Shown piece by piece: positions 11,601 to 23,600 of a DNA stretch of 40,061 nucleotides; the first letter of the stretch is position 1, and each line of letters begins with the position of its first letter. The notes under the pieces are model-generated. The model did not search any database. It was not told the origin of the DNA and was given only the letters and a program-made list of their open reading frames with translations. The stretch is from Octopus bimaculoides (Eukaryota): NCBI RefSeq assembly GCF_001194135.2, contig NC_068982.1, forward strand, positions 96,548,937 to 96,588,997, given 5' to 3'. The position numbers were made by a program, and so were the translations under genes.

Positions 11601-14600
11601 AACAAAAATGAACCTTCTATCAAAATATTAAACATTGTAAACAGTGACTTGGTAAAAGGGAAAAAGCTCAACCACAACCGAGAAGGGAACTTCATGGGAA
11701 AAAGGTTCTTCTCTCTATCTGGTTGAATTGCAAAGGAGTAATTCACTTTGAATTGTTACCACCTAATGCAACAATCAATGCTTAAGTCTACTGTCAGCAA
11801 TTAGAGCATTTGAACCAAGCTTTGAAGAAAAAACAACCCACTTTAGTGAATCAAAAAGGAGTGATGTTTCATCAGGACAATGCACTACCCTACACTGCAA
11901 AGATCACATTACAGAAGATCGAAGAGCTTGGTTGGGAAAAAATTCCTCATCCACCTTATTCTCCCGACCTTGCTCCTTCAGACTACCATTTGTTTCGTAG
12001 TTTACAGAATCATTTGGGGGACATAACTTTCGCAAGCCAGGAGAAGGTTGAAACTGACATTTCAGAGTTCTTTGCTTTGAAACCAAAAGAGTTTTACATT
12101 GATGGGATTAAAAAACTTGTAAATAGATGGAAAGAAGTCATAGATAATCAGGGAAAGTACATTGATGATTAAATTTCAATTAAATATAACATTTGATCAC
12201 TTGTTTTCTTTATTCAAAATTTGGACAGAACTTATGAGATGACCTGATAGTTGAACTCTTCCAGTTTTTGCCTTGTTTAAGACATTGGTTCACCTCACAC
12301 CCCAGTTATCTGTTTGATGGCTTTCTCTCTTCATCTCTCTCTCTCTCTCTCTCTCATACATACCCACCCACACTTAACTCTTCATTCAGCTTTCAGTACT
12401 TCATCAATTACAGGCATTACTGTGTGGTTAAACAAAGTTTGCTTCCCAATCATATGATTACAGGTTTTGCCTCCACTTCTTGGAAACTGGGACAAGTGTC
12501 CTTTTACTATAGCCTCAAGCTGCTGTTTAAAGCCTTGTGAATGAATTTAGGAAACAAAAACTGAAAGAAGCTGATTGTGCATGGTCTCGTATGTATGTGT
12601 GTTGCAGGGGGAGGGGAGTATGCATGTGTGTCTGTATTTGTTTACATTTGCACTTCTTCAGAAATCACTCAACCATGAGTGGTGATATTGTTGTCATTTC
12701 CGTTGTGATTGGGTCTTCTGCTGAAGGTGCATGGAATAAGATTGAAAAAAAAAAGTAAGGGTTAATAACAGGAAAATCTGGTTATAAAATACTGCCTTAA
12801 TAATATAAATTTTTTAACCTGTTAGCATGGTAAAATGGATGTGAAAACAAATGAATGTGATATCACCATTTTCTCTGCCTTTTTTCTGTCAGGCAATGAG
12901 CAAGGCCTGAAGTATTAGATGTGATATTCCTTGTGGTAATTAAACTTATTGAACTCAACTTCTTGATAAACTATAGGTTTATCAAGTATTAAGTAATGTG
13001 AATATAGATATAAAATGTTCAAATCTGATAACATTTATATATCATCAGCTTTATTAATCCAGGATTGTGGTATGGTGGAAAAATAGTTTCTTGGTGCATG
13101 GAGTTTACAAAATTGTCTTGGAAAGGACATGTATGTGGCCTCTAAGAGCTTCCATATCGAGGAAAAGTTTATTTTTATCCATCTAAAGTGATAGTTTTGG
13201 CATAAATAGAAGAGAGTCATCCTAAATACTCTTTTACTTCAGTGATTTATGGTTCAACTTCTGTCTTTTATTCCAAAGTCAAAAGAAATCATTCACGTAA
13301 ATCTAATGCCTTTCTTGATTTTGTTATTTTCAGTTTTATATACCTCTGGAATGCCAAAATAATTTAGATACAGCAATTAAGTTGATGGATCGTAGTGATC
13401 GATCTTCAAGTTTGCGTATCTTTCTCACAAAACCAGCAGATACTTCAGATTATGGCAGTTCTTACAGTGATAGATCCTCCAGTCTCAGGACTAGTTCATC
13501 TGAATCATATTATAATGTAAGTTGTAAAGTTTTTATTATTTCACTACATTAATCTTATGAATAACAATATTGATTGCTGACATAAGTACTTCTAAGCAGA
13601 GTTCATGTTTAACTTCAATGTGTGTGTGTGTGTGTTTTCTGTGAATTACTTTTAATTAATGTATTAATTTTCTCCTCTGTTGCAGCATCGAGATTCACCT
13701 AGTCCACCACCTGGTTCATTACCCCCACATGAAATACATCTTCGACATAGCAGTTCCTACAATTCCATTACTGGAGAGGGACAATTCATTCCAGAACCAA
13801 TGCATCAAGATGAAGTAAGTGTCAGCCATTGATTATGAAGGAAAATCTGGAGAAATAGATACATTGTGTAAACTTGAACAGTCTGACTATTCCAAAGAGC
13901 CGGCACCAAAATAATAGCAGAAAACATGGACAAAGGAAACTATGCATATCTGAGCAGTGACCGTAGCATGTTTCCTCTGCCTTCACTTCTTTTAACTTTT
14001 CCTTCCCCATCGTCAGCATCACTTGTATTAGTAGTAACAATAGTCATAGTAGCAAAACCATCAATTGATTTACTATTATAATTGTCAACACTCAACATTA
14101 TCATCATCATCTTATTTATGTTTATAATACTTTCTTCATTGTCTCTTTTGCAGCCAATTAGCTGTATGGGTCTGAAACACACATATAGTCCTGATGGTTC
14201 AATCGCAGGAAGTACATCTTCGTTAGACAGTAATTATATCAGTTGCCAGTAAGTATTCTTTTGTCTCATTATTTTGGGGCTGGAATTATAAGTGGACATT
14301 AAACTATGGACTTCAATCACAGTGTCACTTCAAAAGAATTTTTCCTTTGAACATACGCCTTCTATTTCTGTCAATAGACAGTGTGACATTTTGTCAACAT
14401 TCAGTACATTCCCCACTTTGCCAACAAATTGCATCTTCCTTATTTTTGTCAGGAGACTGTACTTAAGTTAACTACTAACTGATTACCTCTAACTGATGAT
14501 TGATCAGTAGTTTATATTCTGCTTGTGTCTGTGATTGAGACATTTGGCTCTCAAATAATATACCTATCTAGCTGTTATAATGTACCACTGTAAGCTGTAG

Positions 14601-17600
14601 GAGCTTCACAATAAAATTAACAAATGTCTTGCTGCAAACCTGAGTTCAGCTCCTGTAAATATAGCTTGGTGAAGGATGATCTCTGTCAAGCTAACATGTT
14701 CTTGATTAACTACATAAAGACAATCAATAAGTTATAAGACTCATCAATATCAGTTCGATAACTGGAACATTCTTTTACAGAACAAAACTTGTATATTTCT
14801 GTCATACTATCTTATATGGATAACTACAATTTATTACTGTTCTTATTTTATAAATTATTAAGGCTGACTAAATATTAGCCAATATTTTCAATGTTCCCTT
14901 TTTATGATGCTTCTAATCCTTACATCCTTAGAAGCAACAACAGAGGTAAACACTTTCAATATTAATTTTCAAAATTACAAATGTATTTTTCAAATTTAAT
15001 TAAAGGGCTAGTAATCTTATTAACCTATAAGCCCCAGAGTAATTAAATTTCTGAATATTACTTTTAAATTTTCACAGATTATTGAAAATAGGTTAAAATG
15101 AAAAAAATCAATTATCAAAACAACTTTGCTTCAAGTCAAAATGGAAATACACGATGTCCTATTTATAGGACAAGGAGACAATGTGATAAAGCTTATTTAA
15201 CTCTTTCGTTACTGTACTTATTTTGAGATGCTCTGTGTTTCTTTCAATCACATTAAATATAACAAAGAATTTAATAAAATAACTTAGTTGTCATTCAGCT
15301 AGTGTCAGGAACATAAATTTTGACTAAGGTTTGGTGGAAGATTTTAATTCAACACTTATGAAAACATGACATTTTTACTTAGAGCCAGAGCCAGTTTCAG
15401 CCGGGTTGATAATGAAAGAGTTAATGTTTTCATTTAATGTCCTTTTTATAGGACAGTAAGACTTAATGGGTTAAATATGTTAAATACAACTTAGTTGTGA
15501 GATACAAGACATATTTAAGTATGATTTAAGCGGTCTTAAGGTTTAAATGTTATCACATAAGTAATGTATGTTGTAATATGCAACTCTTGTATAATGTATG
15601 ACTTAATCAATATAGTATCATATATTCAATATATATTCATACCACTAAAGGCTATATATTTCTTATCACATCAGTAATCTGTGTAGTATCACATGAGTTA
15701 TTTATATTATGTCGTATAAGCAGTATATCATAACTATTTTTCTACCCATGCATTAATCAGGATAAATAGTAAATTCTGTAACCATTCTGTGATCAAAAGT
15801 ATTCATCAGTGTGGGATATTGATTTCTTTGAGAGAGGGAACAATCAGCTATATTGACGCCTGAAAGATGAAAGGCAAAGCTGACCTTGGCAGAATTTGAA
15901 ATCAGAGTAGTGTCTTAAGTAAATAGCACAAGGCTCAATCAGTTTTGCAAATGTACCATCTTAAGCAATTTATTCTTATATCAAATATAATACAAGCTGA
16001 CTAATAATGTCCAACTTCAGCAAAAGTTGGTGTAATTGTGACATGTGTCTAACAGTTAGAAATTTCTTCTCTTTGTAACATTTCTGCTTTTTTTTCACAT
16101 ACATCACTCAAGCAGCGCATGTATCATGTAAGTCATTTACATTTATATCATAGAAGCCATCTGTATTGCATCACATAAGTAATATATATTTGAACTTACT
16201 TATTTTTAAACAGTGGAGAGTCCTATCCTTTTCGGAATTCAGCTCGGCGAGACTCAAGGCGAAGTATTCTTTCAGATGGTAATAAAGAAGATATGCTTCC
16301 TGGTAAGACAGCTGATTTTACTAAACTTACTGCATTCTTTCAATTTTCTTTACATTTTGGTTTCATCAAAGCTTTGCATTTCAACTGTAATCTATTCCTT
16401 ACAATGAATTTTTAAATATTTTCAGGAAGCAAAATGCAGGCATTTGGTACTTTCCCACGTGGTTATGAAACAGGTACACACATGGCTGATGTTGAACGTA
16501 AGTTTATTTTTCATTGATTCTACAGGTTGTTGTATGAGATGTTTTTAATGCTATTAACCGCCTCTCCTTTTTTGTTTCTCGGGTATTGACTGGTCCAATA
16601 TCTGTTTACAAAATGACATCCCATAATCCACTAGATCATGTAATTGCTACTGAAGACTTTTGTTGTCACTTTGTTTAACTAGAACCAGTCTAGAAGAAGT
16701 CATTTGTCTCAAAGCTCTTTAGAACATTTGAATTTGTGGGTGGGAAACCTACAATCAAAAATGAGAAATAAAGTGTTGTGATATTTGTGACATTTCATTT
16801 TTGCATTTGGTTTGCAAGATTCCTAATGTGAACTCATATATTGGAACAGAATTTGTTGTATCTCAGAAAAATCATTATACTAATAATGTAATAAAAGAAC
16901 TTTGACTAATCTAGCTGACTGATAGATTGGTTGGCCAAACAATTAATCAAACAATCAATTAGTTGACTGGTTAAATGTTAATGACTTGGCTAATAGTAAT
17001 AAAAGAAGTGAAATAGAACCTGTGCATGTGTTTATTATTGGCATAATAACCCTCCCAAGATACAACAGTTGTCATGCATATACCTTTTCCAAGGATATAT
17101 TAGTATGGTAAGAAAATATAACTGGATCCAAACAGGATTACATATCAAGCTGATTGTGACCTTATTTCTCTTCTCCCTGCACCCACTAGATTTCTGTTTA
17201 TTAAAACTCTAAAATCAGAAGTATAACAACTGTTTCTAAAGGATTATAAATTTGCAGTAGCTGAGTAGATAACCTGTCAAATACTGGTTTTGCAGTTTCT
17301 AAGTTTGAGCCTTGTTGCAAAGCATTGTGCTTGAGTCATGAACAAGACAATCAACACAAATTGTAAGAAATTTACTACAGATTGCTCTGACTACACATGT
17401 TATCATTTTAACATCCAGTTCCATGCTTGATTGGGTCAGTCAAGATTTCTGCAGCTGGATGCTCTTCCTGTCACCAACCCTCACTTGTTGCTGGGAAAGG
17501 TAATATTTCCTGTGACCAGATGTTTCACAGAAGATTAGAAATGAAGACACCACTTATCTAGTGGTGTTGATGGTTTGCAACTATCATGTGATGTCCAGAC

Positions 17601-20600
17601 AAGAAGACACTGACACATGTGTACACTTGCACTCTCACATATGTGCATGTACATACACACACATATATATAACAGGCTTCTTTCAGTTTCCATCTGCCAA
17701 ATCAACTCACAAGGCTTTGGTCAGCCTGAGGCTATAGTAGAAGACAAGGTGCCATGCTATGGAACTGAACCCAAAACCATGTGGCTGAAAAGCAAACTTC
17801 CCAGCCACACAGCCACTCCTGTCTTCAATAGTATTTACATGATATATCTATATATAATGTTCATGTATTTTAATATATGTATCATTGGTTCTGTCCTACA
17901 TTAGTCATTAACAATTATAAATTTAATTTAATCATTATATACTAACACACATGCATATGAATATGTGTGAATTTATGTAATTTAGTGAGTCACAGAAGCA
18001 TGGCTGCCATTTACAACTTGTAAAGATAATTCATTTTAATGAGAGAATAAGTTATACAGAAATTAACTTAGCTTGAGTCAGGTATAAATTACTTAAACAT
18101 CTTTAAACAAAGCATTTTTCTTCTCTTTTTGATTAATTTAATGAATTAATAAAATTATTCCTTTATTCAGGTCATCGAACATTTCCTCGCTCTAATAACC
18201 GCCGGCCAGAACTTTGCTCTAGGTCAGTCCCAGCATTGCTGACCCGTGGTAGTGAGGGTACACTCAGTAGCACACGCAGTACCAGTAGTAGTAGTAGTGG
18301 TTTACCACCTGATCCTGATTTGGACTCACCTGAAGGCAGATTATTGATGAAACGGAACAGTGATATGGACAGTCCTAGTTTTGGCTTCTCTGATGTTCAT
18401 TTTTCTAAATGTAAGCTCATCCTTTGATTACTATTCATCCTGTTCAGTTTTGGTTAAAATGCTTAATTATATAGATTCTCGTTAAATCCGTTAAGCTTAA
18501 GTTTAATAAAACATTACTACAAGTTTAATTCCAATAAAATCAAATTCACCTGAGTGAGAAAAAGAAATATACTGATACTGTGAAACTATGAAATGTTGAT
18601 TGTAAAGGTTGAAGGCCCACAAGAGTAGTGGTTGAGTGAGGTAGGAAAACCACCAAATATCAAAGACATTAGTTGAGCTACGCAATAGGATTACTATTGT
18701 TTAGTCCAAAGTCAATCCTGATCAAGCACACATTTATCAGAAACATTCCCAGATGACCATCTTGTCTTTTAGTTGAGAATAAGTTGTTATGTCTAGTACG
18801 CTGAGCTACCACATGTGCACTGGCTTGAGAGAAGACTTTATATAGACATGTAATGCAACTGAATACTAAATGGAAAATACATTGACATTATAGATATGAT
18901 TATATGAGTTAGCAGTAGGCCAAAAAAGACTTGATGTAAACCTTAGAAGGAGGAATGGTAATATAAGATTGAGACATGTGAAAGGTGCTGAATGTTGGAA
19001 GTAAGGAAACCTAACAGAAATGGATGTTAAAGTTAGGATTATGATAATAGTTTATTGTGCTGTAGAGTTCAGTTTTGTCATACATAGTGGAAATCATTCT
19101 GAGTTCCTACCTTTTAATATTACACTATTTATATGCTGTTGTCAACATCATCATCATATCTATTTTTCCATGCTAGCATGTTCTGAATGGCTCTCATCAC
19201 TCATTGTTGTCTACGTCATCTGGTACACTGAGTAACTGAGATAACTGTTCAGTTTTATTGCTGTGTATGGACTGAGTGTATTTTGTGCAATTGTCATGAA
19301 AGAGGACTAGAGTCCTTATGGTTCAGCGCTTAATCTTGCCATAGTTCTTTGTGCTGTTACTTACTTTGGTCCATTATCATTTTTCATATTGTTATTATTT
19401 TGGGTTTGGTGTTTAAAAACCACTTTAGGCTAACCTTGGTGCATTTTATTACTGCCTAGCACTAGAGAGGTTATCTGTGACTGGACTAAAGAGTTCTCTC
19501 TTTATGTATGTGTGTATGTGTTAGTCTGTTACATTTCCTAAATGTGATTTTCAAATCTAATTGAAGCTCCCCGAGCACCAACAAATTGGAAGAAAGGTCG
19601 GTTACTTGGTCCTGGTGCCTTTGGTGAAGTGTATTTGTGTTATGATGAAGACTCTGGCCGAGAACTAGCAGTCAAACAAGTTCAAATATCAGCAGACAAT
19701 GCAGAAGTTTCTAAGGTAAATTTAGTTATTTTTATAGTCCTGGGATTCATTTTAATCAACTATATCTTCCCCTAATATTTGTGGACATGTGCTAAAAAGC
19801 AAAGAATGATAGAGGAGGGAGAAGTACAGTATTTTGAGCAGTTTAGTCCTAAGTATATTTAAAAAACTATTCAAGGTATCCCTCAATATAATTTTCTCAT
19901 TATGACCCCATCTCATGACTTGTATTTCAGGATATCATTATTTTTGTATTTTTGTCTTGGCTGTTAAATAGTTTTTTTTTGTAACAAGAGAGTGAGTATA
20001 TCTCGCATATGGATGTGAGAAAAATTATCCCTCTGATACAACATGGGTATAGAGACATTATTCATCTAATATCACATAAGAGTAAAGACATTGTCTATCT
20101 GACAAGCTAGCTTTTCATGAGTTAGGCAGGAATATTATTTCTGCATATATCCAATTTCTTAAACCAACATTAAAACTCCTGTTCTCTTCATTGTGCTTTA
20201 CAGGAAGTCCGGGCTTTAGAAAATGAAATCCAGCTTCTTCGAAACTTTCATCATGAACGAATTGTTCAATATTTTGGTTGTATACAAGGGAAAGTACTAT
20301 CAATATTCATGGAATACATGCCTGGGGTAAGAATAAGTTTGTCGTTTCATACAAATTTCTTTTTTTTAATTTTTTTTTTATACTGTCACTACCAACATCA
20401 TTTTCACCACCACCATCAACATCATTATTATCAGCACTACACTATCATCATAGTCTTATGCCTCTACCACTCAGGGGTTTCCATCCCACTTATCGCTCTA
20501 CCTTTCAGGACTCTTGGTACATTTGGCTACCCTTTTCCCCTTCACTGACCACTGTGCCCAATCCTTTATCCCCAGAACACAACTCCTTTGAAATCTCCTT

Positions 20601-23600
20601 CTGGCTCAAGCTTTACTTGCAGATGTTGCCATAACAGTCTAAACAGAACATTAACAGTATCGAACTCACTAGTCTCAGTAGACCTGCAAAGGTCATGAAC
20701 TCTGCCCTTTACTCAAGACTCAGCAAGTAAAAAATGAAAAATTAACTTGCATGACTCTGTTTCATGTAGATTGATTTGATGTGGTTGTCTCATTACTGTA
20801 AATTAAATGTAGCTACATAGCATATTAGTGGGTTACATGTTTATGTAGAATTCTTTGTTTGGACATGTTAACTGACCTGTATCAAAATTTAAGCAGGTCT
20901 TTTAGGTTCAGTGTCTGTTTCTTATTCCTATGTTATTTCAATTAGTAAACCCTTTAATTGTTTGGACTCAGGATTTTAGTTTTAATGTAGAATTTAAATA
21001 TTCTTATTCAGAGGATTGTCATGACATGTGGATGAGAGCATTAATTTTTGACATTCGGAATTAAAAAATTGTGTTCCCATACTCTTGTCTGATCCTCGCA
21101 TGTATGGAAAGGTAGACATTAAAATGATGATGGTGATGGCTATGATTTAGTAATTAAAACCTGGAAGTTAATTTCTTTCAGTAAGAATTATTTATGATTT
21201 CAGTGTTATTGCATGTTCTCTTTCATTGATGTTTTTGTTCTTTTTTTTATGTGCCTCATTGCTGCAGTCATTGTGTCATCGTCATCATCTTCATTTTTGT
21301 TTCTGTTTACTACCATATGTTTTTTAATGCTTAGACTCAAATATCAAACTGAAGTGAAACCTGTTTAATCAAAGTAGAGCAAGCATACTTAAGTGTTTAT
21401 ACATGAAGCACAACACACTGACAAGATCTGAGTTTATGACCATGTGGCCAGCATTTCAATGTCTTGTAGCCATTGTCTCTCCGTCACAGACATTATTATC
21501 CTTTTCATCATCTTAATTATTACCTTCTTCATCATTATCATCAACAACAACATTTTCTAAGTAATTGGCATTCTTTTAAAACTATTTGTGTCTGATAATT
21601 TCATTTTTTCTTGTTCATTTCAGGGTTCTTTACGGCAGCAATTACAAAATTATGGTCCACTAAATGAAAACCTTGCTCGGAAGTACACCCGACAAGTTCT
21701 AGAAGGATTAGCATTTCTGCACAAAAATGTTATTGTACATAGAGACATAAAATGTAAGTACTGACTTCATATTTTAGACCAGCATTATTTTTTAGTTTTC
21801 TTTTAATCTTCTCTTTTACCTTATTGAGCTTTTTTTCTTAATTATTATTAAAACTGGCTACGAAGACTTTTGGGGATTTCCTTACAAGCTGCTGACATTC
21901 ATATCTTCTTCAAATACAGTTCCGAATTTGCAATGGAACTTATATTGTTAATGTCTTAACCCATTACCTACCAGTGATCTCATATGAGATCATTTAAAAA
22001 TTACAAATTTCGTAATTGTCTGTCAATATTTACACATATCTAACCTTTTTGCTATATCATCTAGGTATATTTCTCTGATATTCAAATGAGGTTTGCTAAT
22101 TTTTCACACAATATCTTGCTTATTTCTATTTAAAATGTTATTTTGATCCTTCCAGCGTATTTCTAAAGCTGTTTTATGCTAGAAATCAAAGTTTCATAAA
22201 AAAAATTCCAGTTAATAGAATTATGGGAGGTAACGGGTTAATGAAATGCCCAAACATTGCAACATCTTGCTGAGTGTGTCACAAAATTATGTAGGTGTAA
22301 CACAACACTTTCATATTTGCTAAATCGATATAGGTATGCCACAATGCAATGTATATTGCAAAATTGTTTGTCAAAATATTTTATCCCACCTTCTTTGCTT
22401 ATCTTTCCTTGTTTACCCTATATACTCCAACCCATTCTTATATAATATGGGGTAGCCATTGTATCCCTTCTATCATACTTTAACCTCTTAACACCTTGTG
22501 TAAAACAACTACATCTCTGCTATACTCCCTCTTAGTTGAAGGAGCTCTTTATTATAGTGAGTTATATGGGGATCTCAGTAGTGCTGGTGCCATGAAAAAG
22601 CACCCAGTACACTCTGTAAAATGGTTATTATTAGGAAGGGTATCCACCTATTTAAAATTATGCCAAAACTGAAACACTGAAGCAAGACAAGGTCTTCTAA
22701 TCTGTTGAATCCTATTGAGCCATGCCAGCATGAAAGTGGATGTGGTGTGTATACCAATGGTTGATCTCTCTTATTTTTACATATGAGCCCAAATATATAT
22801 TTTTTTTAATGTATATGTAAATAGAGTGTTGTCTCATTTTTAGTGAAACATAACTGTGTTACTTTCCTTTAAAAGTAGAAAAAATACTGTTTTAAAGATT
22901 ATAAACCCACTCAAATTATTTTAAATCAAGGTTGACTGGACTTATCTTTACCTTTATAATGATTTTTATTTTACAGGTGCTAATATCTTAAAGAATGTTC
23001 AAGGTAATGTTAAGCTTGGAGATTTTGGAGCTTCCAAACGATTACAAAGTATTTGTAGCATGTCAGGAATGAAAACAGTAATTGGAACTCCTCATTGGAT
23101 GGCGCCGGAAGTTATTAATGGTGAGGGTTACTGTCGGAAAGCTGACATATGGTAAGCTTCTATATTGTTATTTTTTAAAACAAAACAAACTGAGTAAATT
23201 AAGAATATTTTTTTCAAAGGTTATAATAGCAGTGAAATGGTCAACTATGACAGTTATTAGCTATCAAAAGGATATTAATAGCACAAGGAAAATGATTCCA
23301 TTAAGAGTCAAGATTAAATCACAAACGAATTTCTCTGACAAGCTAGGATGATTTCACAATAAACACTATACTGATCATGCTAATGAGGAATCCTCTGTGC
23401 AGCCACTCAACTTGCCAGAAGTGGCAGCCAAATTTTCCTTTACAGTCTAGGAAAGAAAGGACGAGGTTAGTTGTGGTTATGCTGTGTCTGAATAAAAAGG
23501 CATTGAATGGTCATGGCTGAAGTATCTTTGACTTTAGAACTGCTCAACTAGGGTTGACTTGGGGCTAAACAACAACACAATAATATGTACAATAATAATT

